Assembly (NCBI GenBank): GCA_963823035.1
Contig: CAWGKG010000012.1
Location: 480,001-544,000, forward strand
Length of the DNA: 64,000 nucleotides
Source: an uncultured Gemmatimonadales bacterium
GTDB lineage: Bacteria; Gemmatimonadota; Gemmatimonadetes; Longimicrobiales; Gaopeijiaceae
Direction: 5' to 3'
Positions 42,077 to 51,160 of the stretch are shown piece by piece. The translations under genes and the position numbers were made by a program. Below the pieces are notes generated by a model. The model had not been told where the DNA came from, made no database searches, and saw nothing but the letters and a program-made list of their open reading frames with translations. How positions within the stretch are numbered: the stretch's first letter is position 1; the number at the start of each line of letters is the position of its first letter.

Positions 42077-42789
42077 CGGCCGGTCGCCTCGCGCAGGAGG
42101 CTCGACAGATGCCGGAAAGGAGTCGTCCGGCCCGTGCGTGCCGCCCGCCCGGAGAGCTGGAGGAGGCAGCCGCCGTCCGCCGAAGTGACGACGTCCACGG
42201 CCGGGAGGGTGCCGAGCTTGTAGTCGGCCATCGCGCCCGAGACCTCGGGGAGCTTCACGGAGAAGAGGCCGCCGAAGCCGCAGCACTCCTCGTCGCCTTC
42301 CCATGGCAGGACCTCCGCGCCCGCGCTTCGGAGGAGCGTCACCGGCTCGTCGTGCACGCCGAGCTCGCGTAGGGCGTGGCATCCGTGGTGGTAGGCGACC
42401 CGCCGGTCGGCGAGCCCGCCACCGAGCTCTTCGACCCCGAGCACCTGGACGATGAACTGGGCCAGCTCGAAGGTGCGCTCGGCGAGGCGGAGGGCCCGCT
42501 CCCGGTCGGTGCCCTCGAGCAGCGTGGGGAAGTTGGCGCGCAACATACCCGCGCAACTGCCCGACGGCAGCACGACCCACTCGGCGTCCTCGAAGACGTC
42601 GAGCGTGTGGCGCGCCATCCGGCGTGCCGCGTCCGCGTGGCCGGCGTTGAAGGCGGGCTGGCCGCAGCACGTCTGGCCCGCGGGGAAGTCGACGGTCACG
42701 TCCAGGTGCCGCAGGAGACGCACGGCGTCGGCGCACGCCTCCGCGAAGAAGGCGTCTCCCAGGCAGGTGGCGAAGAGCGCGACGCGCAC
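42073..42789 (-). CDS. lutA: Lactate utilization protein A (CCG-domain Fe-S oxidoreductase)
   Basis: LFATCL.D, QTCCGQP, PSGSC, YH..CH..R, CCGFGG.F. Confidence 0.92.
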   Translation of the reverse strand: MRVALFATCLGDAFFAEACADAVRLLRHLDVTVDFPAGQTCCGQPAFNAGHADAARRMARHTLDVFEDAEWVVLPSGSCAGMLRANFPTLLEGTDRERALRLAERTFELAQFIVQVLGVEELGGGLADRRVAYHHGCHALRELGVHDEPVTLLRSAGAEVLPWEGDEECCGFGGLFSVKLPEVSGAMADYKLGTLPAVDVVTSADGGCLLQLSGRAARTGRTTPFRHLSSLLREATGR

Positions 42790-42790
42790 C

Positions 42791-44374
42791 TCAGCGGCCC
42801 GCTGCCGTCGCCAGAACGCGGAAGACAGCTTCGTGCTGCGTCTCCAACGCGAGCTCGTAGCGCGCGTCGTCCAGGAGGTAGCGCGACAGCCTGGGGTTGC
42901 GTCGGGGCTCCACCAGGATGAAGCGCGCCCCGAAGTCGTGCGCCAGCGTGCTCCACGTATCGACGGTCGCCTCCGGCGTACACGGGTACGTACCACAGGT
43001 GCGGTCGGTCATCGCGTCGGTCGACAGGTAGTGGAAGCGCCAGTAGAGCGTGGGATCGTACGCGTACTGGAAGATGGGGTCCATCCCGCCCACGTAGCGA
43101 TCGACCCGATCGCGAGCGAAGAGGGGCGCGAACTGGTCCCAGTGCGTGTTGAAGACGAGGTCGCCCGGTCGGCTGTTCTCGCGCAGCCAGTCCGCGACCT
43201 CCGCGAGATGGTCGGGCGAGGTGGCCACGAACCGCACGTTGATCCGGTGGCGGTAGACCGACCACGGGAGGAGCGCCGCCACCGCGACGAGCAGCGCGTA
43301 GGTCAGGTGCCGTGGCTCGACCCCCCACGCCAGGTGCGTGAGGCTTAGCGCGAGCCCGAGCACGGCGAACGCCTCCCACTGGACGAGCGAGCGCCGGGCG
43401 ACCACGAGCGTCATGACGAGGAAGGCGGCGGCCACGAGGTGGGCGGTCCACAGGAGGTGGCGCTCGGACGGGGTGACGGCGCGCAGTCGGGCGCCTCGCC
43501 GCAGCGCGGTAATCGCGAGGACCACCGCCCCCGACCACGCCACGATCATCGGGCCCGCCGTGCGCAGCAGCGTGATCGTGTCCAAGGGGGCGAGACTCAC
43601 GGCGAAGGTGAGCGGTGCGTCGCCCCCCTGCGCCTTCACACCCAGCAGAAGCCCGATCTGCACCCAAGCCAGCTTCGCGGCCGCGAGTGGATGGGGCCGG
43701 AGCAGCCAACCCGCCGCCGTGCCCCCGACCACCGCGAGGCACAGGAGCCACCAGGGGCGCCGAGCGTCCTCTTCGCCGGGACCCGCGCTCAGTCGGTCGA
43801 TGCCGCGCGCGACGAAGTACGCCGCGAGGATACCGGGCGGCAGCCAGAACATGCTGAGGTGGAAGAAGGTGATGCCGGCGCTCGCGAGCGCGACGGCCCA
43901 CCACCGCCCCCGCGCCAGAAAGCAGAGGAGGAGGAGGGAGAAGAGGAGCGAGACCGTCTCCGGCCGCACCATCACGTAGCGGTAGAGGACGTTGGGCACG
44001 GCCACGAAGAAGAGGACGGGCCAGACGCCGTCCGCCACGAGGCGATGGCGACGCGCGATCCACCAGACCCCGCCGAGCAGGACCGTCGTGAGGACCATGC
44101 CGGCGACGCCGATGCCCACGGCGACGTCGGCGAAGAGCGCGAACGGCATCAGGGCGAGGTGGAAGCCCCACCACATGTCGGCACCACCCGCGCCGACGAT
44201 CGAGAAGGCCGTCCACGGGAACGCCGTGTCGAAGGGACCTGCTCGCAGGTAGTGGGCCGCGTGGCCGACGTGATAGAAGGCGTCGACGTCCGCGACCTTC
44301 GGAGCCAGCATGAGGTGGAAGAAGACGACCGCGGCAAGGATGCCGACAGCGCCCGCCAGGCGGTTGGCGTTCAC
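42791..44374 (-). CDS. Polytopic membrane protein, possibly a GT-C-fold glycosyltransferase
   Basis: D.FYH after TM1, RP motif, about 12 TM helices, soluble C-terminal domain (VFNTHWD, GMDP). Confidence 0.5.
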   Translation of the reverse strand: MNANRLAGAVGILAAVVFFHLMLAPKVADVDAFYHVGHAAHYLRAGPFDTAFPWTAFSIVGAGGADMWWGFHLALMPFALFADVAVGIGVAGMVLTTVLLGGVWWIARRHRLVADGVWPVLFFVAVPNVLYRYVMVRPETVSLLFSLLLLCFLARGRWWAVALASAGITFFHLSMFWLPPGILAAYFVARGIDRLSAGPGEEDARRPWWLLCLAVVGGTAAGWLLRPHPLAAAKLAWVQIGLLLGVKAQGGDAPLTFAVSLAPLDTITLLRTAGPMIVAWSGAVVLAITALRRGARLRAVTPSERHLLWTAHLVAAAFLVMTLVVARRSLVQWEAFAVLGLALSLTHLAWGVEPRHLTYALLVAVAALLPWSVYRHRINVRFVATSPDHLAEVADWLRENSRPGDLVFNTHWDQFAPLFARDRVDRYVGGMDPIFQYAYDPTLYWRFHYLSTDAMTDRTCGTYPCTPEATVDTWSTLAHDFGARFILVEPRRNPRLSRYLLDDARYELALETQHEAVFRVLATAAGR

Positions 44375-44390
44375 CGAGGACGTCGCCCCC

Positions 44391-46511
44391 TCATCGACCG
44401 GTCTCGTCAGCGGCGCCCGCGCCAGGGCGGTAGCGGCGGATGGCGCCCCGCTCGACGTCCTCGCGGGTGAAGGCCACCTTCTTCAGCCGGCCGTGCGCGA
44501 ACATGGCGGCCTGGTCGTCGAACCACGGGGAGTCCGGCTGGTTGCTCTCCCCGTAGGCCAGGACGGAGTAGGCCCGGGGCACGTCGGCGAACTCGACCGC
44601 CAGGATCCAACCGTCGCCGCGGTTGGCGGCCAGGCGGCCGTCCGGCTGTTCCTCGAAGGACAGCGCGCGGAAGCACCCCAGCGTGGGCGGGCAGCCGGAT
44701 ACCGGCTCGTCCACGTCGCCGCGGATCACGCGGTGGATCTCCCCCCACGGGACGTCGTAGGCCCACCCGCGCTCCCGCATCCGCTCCGCTGCCCACGCGA
44801 ACGCCGCCGCAGCCTCGGCGGGCGAGCCGATACCGCGTGGCGTCTCCATGGGTCGTGCGGACGTCCACGGCTCACGGTAGAAGCGTGCGGTGTCGATCGT
44901 CTCGGCGTAGCGGTCCGCCCATATCTCGAAGAGCACACCTCCGCGGCTGTCCGCGGCGGCGGTCCGGTCCCAGCGCTCGAGCACGCGGGCGGCCTTGGCG
45001 ACCTCACCCTCCGGGTCCGTCGCGCGCACGGCGTCGAGCAACTCGTCCGTGACCCGCTCGGCCACCAGCATGCGCGGCGTGTGCTTGAGCGCGACCATCT
45101 CCTCGAGGCTCAGCTTCGGTCCGTCGTGCAGCAGCTCGAGCGAGAGCTGGCTACGAGGACGGAGGCGGGGGGCGGGCAGGTTGGCGGGCATCGTGTCCCG
45201 GTCCATCGGGACGTTCAGGTTGGTGTAGTCGGGCGTGTCGTTCTCCTGCTGCACGTACCCCCCGGGCGGATCCAGGTAGAGCGGGAGATCGTCGAAGGGA
45301 ACGTACTCCTCCCAGAGGTCGGCGCGGGTGTGCGCGATCGCGGCCGTGTCGCCGGTGGGCGGGTGCGGGAGGAGTGGGAGGCGCGCGTTGTACAGGTGGG
45401 CGATGTGCCCGTCCGCGTCGGCGTACGTGAAGTTCGACGAGGGGTGCGCGCGCCAGCGCATGACGTCGAGCCACGCCTCGAAGCTCCCGGTCTGCATCAT
45501 GCGCAGGAACTGCTCCCCCCGGCGCCACTCGCCGTCCCGGGGGTCCTTCAGGATGTAGACGCGCTCGGGCGTGCGTTGGATCACGGGGCCGTACGGCGTC
45601 CACCATGTCGAACGGGTCTCGGTGTCGAGCCCGCCGTCCTCCGTGCGGTACTCCACCGTGGTGCGCCGCTCCTGGAGCGCGAACGAGCGACCGTCGAGCA
45701 CGTAGTGGTCGGCTCGATCGCGGTCCGCGGCCAGAGCGTAGACCTGCGAGTACGTGGGGTAGTTGTTCGTCGTGGCCCACCCCAGCCGGCGGTTGAAGCC
45801 GCCGATGATCCCGAAGGCGCCTCCGATCCGGAAGTCCCCGTAGAAGTCGAGCACGCCCGGCACCACCACGTGCGCCTCGTAGTAGCCGGCGTCCCAAGCC
45901 AGGTGGGGGTTCCGGAGGAGCATCGCGTGGCCCGACTTCGATCGGCTGGGCGCGAACGCCCACGCGTTCGAGCCGTCGAGCGCGTAGGCGTCATCATCGG
46001 GGACCACCTCTGCCCGCCGGAGCGACCGCAGGAAGGACGCAGCATCGCCTCGGCTCCACGACTGCACCTCGCGGGCGTGTGCGTCCACCCCCGTGAAGTC
46101 CGGGACCATCCACGCCGGGAAGCGGTCGGGGTGGAGGCGGACGTAGTGCCGGATACCCGCCGCGAAGCCGCCGTAGACGGCCCGGGTGGCGGGCTCGAGG
46201 AGCGGCCAGGTTTCCACGGCGCGGGCGTAGTCGACGCGCGCGTCGAAGTCACCTTCGATGGAGTCGTGGCCCACCCAGCGGGCATACTCGCCGCGCGCCT
46301 TCACGAGGTTCACCGCGGCCACGTCGCCCCAGTCCTCCGACTGGACCCACCCGAGCGCGAAGCCCATCGCCTCCAGGTCCTCCGCGAAGATGTGCGGCAC
46401 ACCGTGCTCGGTGCGGACGATCTCCACGCGTGCGGCGATGGCGGCCTCCGCGTCCGAGTCCGCGGCCTGCGGGAGGAGGAGGGAAGTTGCCAGCGCGAGG
46501 ATGGGAAGCAT
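44391..46511 (-). CDS. Penicillin acylase family Ntn-hydrolase (AHL/cephalosporin acylase-like)
   Basis: Signal peptide; GVPHI, GSNAWA (Ser nucleophile), NPHL.W, YEAH, YAD..G.I, GES. Confidence 0.92.
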   Translation of the reverse strand: MLPILALATSLLLPQAADSDAEAAIAARVEIVRTEHGVPHIFAEDLEAMGFALGWVQSEDWGDVAAVNLVKARGEYARWVGHDSIEGDFDARVDYARAVETWPLLEPATRAVYGGFAAGIRHYVRLHPDRFPAWMVPDFTGVDAHAREVQSWSRGDAASFLRSLRRAEVVPDDDAYALDGSNAWAFAPSRSKSGHAMLLRNPHLAWDAGYYEAHVVVPGVLDFYGDFRIGGAFGIIGGFNRRLGWATTNNYPTYSQVYALAADRDRADHYVLDGRSFALQERRTTVEYRTEDGGLDTETRSTWWTPYGPVIQRTPERVYILKDPRDGEWRRGEQFLRMMQTGSFEAWLDVMRWRAHPSSNFTYADADGHIAHLYNARLPLLPHPPTGDTAAIAHTRADLWEEYVPFDDLPLYLDPPGGYVQQENDTPDYTNLNVPMDRDTMPANLPAPRLRPRSQLSLELLHDGPKLSLEEMVALKHTPRMLVAERVTDELLDAVRATDPEGEVAKAARVLERWDRTAAADSRGGVLFEIWADRYAETIDTARFYREPWTSARPMETPRGIGSPAEAAAAFAWAAERMRERGWAYDVPWGEIHRVIRGDVDEPVSGCPPTLGCFRALSFEEQPDGRLAANRGDGWILAVEFADVPRAYSVLAYGESNQPDSPWFDDQAAMFAHGRLKKVAFTREDVERGAIRRYRPGAGAADETGR

Positions 46512-46544
46512 CGGTCGGGTCGGCCGGTCGTGGGGAGCGGGTGT

Positions 46545-47294
46545 CTACAATCTTCCGACGAGAAGGTAGATGGGCCAGGACACGTCCCGAGCTTCGTCCG
46601 GGTCGGGCCACGCCTCCGCGAGTCGTGGCTCGAGCCGATCGAGGGGGTCGGCGCCGCGCTCCTCCCGGTAGCGGTTCACGGAAGACCACGTGGAGAGTTG
46701 GCCCATCAGGTCGGCTCGCGTCCACCGCGGGCGCATGTCGAAGGAGGGCGTATCCACACGCGCGAAGGGGAAGGGCAGTCGCTCGTACCGTTCGTGGACG
46801 TGCTGCCGCTCCGGGGGCCACCACGGGCCCACCACCCGGTCGTAGAACCAGTCGACCGCGGCGTCGACGGCGGCGTCCACCCGCACGAGCGAGTACGTCC
46901 ACACCGCCAGGTGTGCGCCAGGGTGCCCCACGCGCCTGGCCTCCGCGTAGAACGCGTCCAGGTCGAACCAGTGCACGGCCTGCGCGACGGTGATCAGATC
47001 GACCGAGGCGTCGGCGAGCGGCGCGCGCTCGGCGGAGGCCAGGAGGTAGCGGACGGACGGCTCGGTTGGTGCGTGGGCGACCTGCTCGGCGCTCGCGTCG
47101 GTGGCCACCACCCGCTCGAAGTGCGCCGCCAACCCAACCGCCGCCTGGCCGCTGCCGGTGGCGCAGTCCCAGGCGACCCCGCGTGCGGGCGAGAGCGCCG
47201 CGAGCCAGGCGTACAGCTCCACCGGGTACGTCGGCCGGTACCGACGGTACAGCTCGGCGTGGCCGGAGAAGTGGTCGGGAAAGGTCGGAGTCAC
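46545..47294 (-). CDS. Class I SAM-dependent methyltransferase
   Basis: DHFS, YRPTYP, WDCATGSGQAA, AQAVHWFD. Confidence 0.92.
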   Translation of the reverse strand: MTPTFPDHFSGHAELYRRYRPTYPVELYAWLAALSPARGVAWDCATGSGQAAVGLAAHFERVVATDASAEQVAHAPTEPSVRYLLASAERAPLADASVDLITVAQAVHWFDLDAFYAEARRVGHPGAHLAVWTYSLVRVDAAVDAAVDWFYDRVVGPWWPPERQHVHERYERLPFPFARVDTPSFDMRPRWTRADLMGQLSTWSSVNRYREERGADPLDRLEPRLAEAWPDPDEARDVSWPIYLLVGRL

Positions 47295-47343
47295 GGGCCA
47301 CACGATAGAGGCCCGCGGCGGCGACTCGCCACCCCGGGCTTCC

Positions 47344-47793
47344 CTAGGCGATGTTGGACTTCCAGCGCCGAAGCACGTCCTCGACGATGTCGACGAGCTC
47401 GGTGAAGTCGGCCGGCTTGATCTTCACTTCCTTGGCGCCGAGGGCGAACGCCTGGGTGGCGAGCGCGCGGTTGGTGTTGGCCGTGAAGACGACGACCGGG
47501 GTCATCGACCATGGCTCGCGTTGCGGCCCGAGCCAGCGCAGGAAGTCCAGCCCGCCCAGCCCCGGCAGCCCGAGGTCCAGGATGATCACGCCGGGGAGGG
47601 GATGACGGGTACGGTTGTCGAAAGGCCAACGGCCGAGGAGGTAGTCCATCGCCTCCTCACTCGAGCCGGTGACGTGCAGGACACAGGGCATCGTGCCATA
47701 CGCAAACGCCGCCTGGAGCAGCGCGGCATGGTCCTGCTCGTCCTCGACCACGAGGACGACGAACGAATCGTCGGGGGGCGTCCTCGATGTCAT
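47344..47793 (-). CDS. Single-domain response regulator (Rcp1-like)
   Basis: LVVED, IILDLGLP, VVFT, KP. Confidence 0.9.
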   Translation of the reverse strand: MTSRTPPDDSFVVLVVEDEQDHAALLQAAFAYGTMPCVLHVTGSSEEAMDYLLGRWPFDNRTRHPLPGVIILDLGLPGLGGLDFLRWLGPQREPWSMTPVVVFTANTNRALATQAFALGAKEVKIKPADFTELVDIVEDVLRRWKSNIA

Positions 47794-47923
47794 GGGTCGT
47801 CCACGTGTGATGGTGCGTACGGGCGGAGCGCAGAATGCATAATGATACCGGGCCTGACGCCCGTCATTCTCGATTTGGTACGGTAGCCCGCCGACCGTCG
47901 GACGCCCGGGCTATCTTCCCGGC

Positions 47924-49111
47924 ATGAGACGTTGGCTATTCGGGCTCCTCCTCGCCGCCGGCTCCTGCGGTAGCGACGGCGGCGTCGGCACCCCTGGCGT
48001 GGCTTCGATCCTGGTGGAGCCGGCCCTCGAGCTCGCGGTGGAGGTGGGCGACACGGTCCGCCTGCACGCGCGGGTGCTGGATGCCGTGGACCGACCGGTT
48101 TCTGCGGCGACCGTGACGTGGAGCTCCGGGAACCCCGCGGTGGCCTCGGTGGACGGCGGCGGCCTCGTCACGGCGGTGGGTGCGGGCGCCACTCCGATCA
48201 CCGCGCGTGCGGGTGGCATCTCCGGCACCGGCACGGTCGAGGTCTACGTCCCACCGGTCGTGGACGCCTGGGTGCCCGGCACGTCGTATTTCGGGCGGCG
48301 GCAATACGTGGAGTATCTGCCCGGCGAGCTGCCGGTGGTGATCTCCGTACCGCACGGCGGCGACCTCGAGCCCACGGAGATCCCCGACCGCGGCGGGGGC
48401 ACGACGGTCACGGACAGCTGGACGCGCGAGACGGCCCTCGCGGTGCGTGACGCCTTCATCGAGCGGACCGGCAGCGCGCCGCACCTCGTGATCTCGCACC
48501 TGAGGCGTACCAAGCTCGACCCCAACCGCGAGATCGTCGAGGCTGCGGAGGGAAATCCCTTCGCCGAGAACGCCTGGCGGGAGTTCCAGGCCTTCATCGA
48601 CACCGCTGAGGCGGCGGTGGTGCTTCGGTACGGATCGGGCTCGTACCTCGACCTGCACGGCCACGGGCACGAGATCCTCCGGGCCGAGCTGGGCTACCTG
48701 CTGGGCGCCGACGATCTCGCCCGCGCGGACGCGGTGCTGGATGCCGGTGGCTACGCCCAACGGAGCAGCATCCGCGTGCTCGTCGAATCGGGGGGCGCCC
48801 CGTTCTCCGAGCTTCTGCGCGGGACCACGAGCCTTGGGGGGCTCCTGGTCGCCGGTGGCTTCGCGGCGGTGCCGAGTCCATCCGCTCCGTCGCCGGGTGC
48901 GGATCCCTACTTCTCGGGCGGCTACAACGTGGATCGGCACGGCTCGAAGGCGGGGGGCGCGGTGAGCGGGGTGCAGATCGAGCTGCCCAACGCGGGAACC
49001 CGGGACACCGCCGCCCACCGACGTGCCTTCGCGACCGTGCTCGCCGAGGCCGTCGAATCGTTCATGGTGGCCCATTGGGGCTTCTTCGCACCTTCCCCAC
49101 CGCCCCCTTGA
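47924..49111 (+). CDS. Lipoprotein with Ig-like (Big_2) domain and N-formylglutamate amidohydrolase-like domain
   Basis: Signal/lipobox AGSC; VTWSS.NPAVASVD..GLVTAV..G...ITA; SVPHGG, DPNR, DLHGH, QIE. Confidence 0.8.
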   Translation: MRRWLFGLLLAAGSCGSDGGVGTPGVASILVEPALELAVEVGDTVRLHARVLDAVDRPVSAATVTWSSGNPAVASVDGGGLVTAVGAGATPITARAGGISGTGTVEVYVPPVVDAWVPGTSYFGRRQYVEYLPGELPVVISVPHGGDLEPTEIPDRGGGTTVTDSWTRETALAVRDAFIERTGSAPHLVISHLRRTKLDPNREIVEAAEGNPFAENAWREFQAFIDTAEAAVVLRYGSGSYLDLHGHGHEILRAELGYLLGADDLARADAVLDAGGYAQRSSIRVLVESGGAPFSELLRGTTSLGGLLVAGGFAAVPSPSAPSPGADPYFSGGYNVDRHGSKAGGAVSGVQIELPNAGTRDTAAHRRAFATVLAEAVESFMVAHWGFFAPSPPPP

Positions 49112-49138
49112 ACCTCACGTTGCGTGAGGTATTAGCGT
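49108..49138 (+). promoter_or_regulatory. MerR-type promoter with 19-bp spacer and dyad operator
   Basis: -35 TTGAAC at 49108-49113, 19 nt, -10 TAGCGT at 49133-49138; inverted repeat ACCTCACG-ttg-CGTGAGGT at 49112-49130. Confidence 0.85.
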
Positions 49139-49171
49139 GTCTTCGCGCGTGAGCCGCGACCAGGAGGATAC

Positions 49172-49921
49172 GTGACCGAGGCGATGAAGGTGGGCGAGTT
49201 GGCCGAGCGCACGGGGCTGTCCGTACGCACGCTGCATCACTACGACGACATCGGCCTGCTCGCGCCGGAGGGGCGCACACCATCGGGACACCGGATCTAC
49301 GGTCTGCCCCAGGTACGTCGGCTGCAGCAGATCGCGTCGCTGCGGCATCTCGGCCTCTCCCTGGACGAGATCCGCGAATGCCTGGAGCGTCCCGAGTATT
49401 CGCTGGACCGGGTGCTGGCGCTCCAGGTCGAGCGCCTGCGTGAGGACGTCGACCGGCAGAAGCGGCTCTTGCGGCTGCTCGTCGAGTTGCGCCGACGGCT
49501 GGCGGGCGCGGAGGAGATCTCGGTCGACGACATCGCGCGAACGATCGAGGCCACCACCTGGCACGAGAAGTACTACGCGCCCGAGCAGCGGACGCAGATC
49601 GCGCGCCGGGCCGAGGAGATGGGGGAGGCGCGCATCCGGAAGGGCCAGGAGGATTGGGCCGAGCTCCTCGCCGATTTCGCGAGCGCGATGGAGCGTGGCC
49701 TCGATCCGGGCGACGGCCAGGTGGACGCCCTCGCCGCGCGGGCGGAGGCGCTCATCGAGCAGTTCACGGGAGGCGACACGGGGATCAGGGAGTCGATGGC
49801 CCGCATGTACCGCGACGAGGGCGCGGAGCGGATCATGGCGCGTCACGGCGTGGGGCTGCCCGAGGGCCTCTGGGCGTACTACGGTAAGGCGATGGCCTCG
49901 CGTCGCGCTGCCCGCACGTGA
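49172..49921 (+). CDS. MerR family regulator with TipAS-like ligand-binding domain
   Basis: VGELA..TG.SVRTLHHYD.IGLL.P, R.Y; C-terminal W..L...DP....VD.LA...FTGGD. Confidence 0.92.
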   Translation: MTEAMKVGELAERTGLSVRTLHHYDDIGLLAPEGRTPSGHRIYGLPQVRRLQQIASLRHLGLSLDEIRECLERPEYSLDRVLALQVERLREDVDRQKRLLRLLVELRRRLAGAEEISVDDIARTIEATTWHEKYYAPEQRTQIARRAEEMGEARIRKGQEDWAELLADFASAMERGLDPGDGQVDALAARAEALIEQFTGGDTGIRESMARMYRDEGAERIMARHGVGLPEGLWAYYGKAMASRRAART

Positions 49922-49945
49922 CGGACCCGCCGGACGCTCGCGTTC

Positions 49946-50015
49946 ACGGTGGTGGACGTGCTGCCGCCACGCCCGACGAGCACGCACGCCTGGTGGGAGA
50001 GTGGGCCGCCGCCGT
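49946..50015 (+). ncRNA. Candidate structured RNA resembling a miniature 5S rRNA (helix I plus loop-E-like arm)
   Basis: ACGGTGGTGG pairs with CCGCCGCCGT; the 3' part GTGGGAGAGTGGGCCGCCGCC resembles the 3' end of 5S rRNA. Confidence 0.3.
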
Positions 50016-50098
50016 CTGGTGCGCGTGGGGCCCGCACCACGAGATCGTGCGCACATGGACCGACCGACTCTGACCTCGACACGAGGAGCTCGAACCCG

Positions 50099-51079
50099 AT
50101 GACCCCTGAGGAAGCGCCGCCCGCCTGGGTGGAGGAATCCACGCGCATCGAGGCGGTGGGATGGAGCATCCCGGCCGCGATCACGCTCCCACGGCCCGGT
50201 CCGCCCGTGAGCCTGGTGGTCATCGTTCCCGGCTCGCTCTTCAGCGACGTGGACGGGGACTTTCCCATGTTCAACGCGCACCCGCACGCTTCCCGCGACC
50301 TGGCACACCAGCTCGGCGCTCTTGGCCACGCGGTGATCCGCTACGCCAAGCGGGGACCAGGCACGGGCGCCGAGATGGTGGACCCCGGGCAGCAGGAGGC
50401 GAGCCGCCAGTTCCGCGCGCGCGTCACCGTCATGGACGCGGCGCTCGCGCTCCTGCGCGCTCGCGTGGGCGAGCCGGGTGCGGACCGTCCTTCCATCGTG
50501 GCGGGGCACTCGGAGGGGGCGGTCGTCGCGTCGATGGGGGCCGAGCGCGGGGTGCCGCCCGACGGGGTCGTTCTCCTGTCGGGGCCGTCGGTCGGGATCT
50601 TCGGGATCATGCGCGAGCAGCTTCCCCTTCCGCCCAACGCCCCGCCCGAAGCCTACGCCGCGTACGACCGGGTGGTGGCGACGCTCCGTGCGGGCGGAGC
50701 GTTCCCGGAGCTCGATCCGGACGACCCGACGCTCCAGTCGCTCGCCTTCGTCGGACGGGCGGGGGACGCCGGAGCGCGCTACATGGTGCAGATCGACGCG
50801 GTGGATCCGGTCGCCACGCTCAAGCGCGTGATGCAGCCGGTGCTCCTGGTCCAGGGTGGGCGGGACAGCTCGGTGCCCGCCCATCATGCGGACAGGCTGG
50901 AGACGGCCCGAGAGGCCACGGGGCTGCCGACCGAGGTCGCTTTCTTCCCGGAGCTCACGCACACCTACAAGGTCGCGCCGGAGGGGATGGACCCGATGGC
51001 CGCCTTCATGCTCGATACGGACAGCGACCCTGCGGTCGGAGCTTCGATCGACGACTGGATCCGGCGGACGTTCCGCTAG
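50099..51079 (+). CDS. Alpha/beta hydrolase
   Basis: PGS..SD.DG, RYAKRG, GHSEG nucleophile motif, QGGRD, H(T). Confidence 0.87.
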   Translation: MTPEEAPPAWVEESTRIEAVGWSIPAAITLPRPGPPVSLVVIVPGSLFSDVDGDFPMFNAHPHASRDLAHQLGALGHAVIRYAKRGPGTGAEMVDPGQQEASRQFRARVTVMDAALALLRARVGEPGADRPSIVAGHSEGAVVASMGAERGVPPDGVVLLSGPSVGIFGIMREQLPLPPNAPPEAYAAYDRVVATLRAGGAFPELDPDDPTLQSLAFVGRAGDAGARYMVQIDAVDPVATLKRVMQPVLLVQGGRDSSVPAHHADRLETAREATGLPTEVAFFPELTHTYKVAPEGMDPMAAFMLDTDSDPAVGASIDDWIRRTFR

Positions 51080-51106
51080 CAGCCCATCCGGCCGTTGGAA
51101 AGCTGA

Positions 51107-51137
51107 CGGGGGTGGCGGACCGAGTCCGCCACCCCCG
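51107..51137. terminator. 14-bp perfect hairpin between convergent genes
   Basis: CGGGGGTGGCGGAC-CGA-GTCCGCCACCCCCG; no U-tract. Confidence 0.6.
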
Positions 51138-51160
51138 CGTGTTCCCCGGGAGGGGGAAGC

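Noticed and set aside
38002..47405. Very long antisense or alternate-frame ORFs (e.g. 38002-41262 +, 44310-47405 +, also 4972-7590 - and 29858-32665 +)
   Set aside because: Arg/Gly/Pro-rich shadow ORFs expected in high-GC DNA; they overlap well-supported genes and show no motifs.
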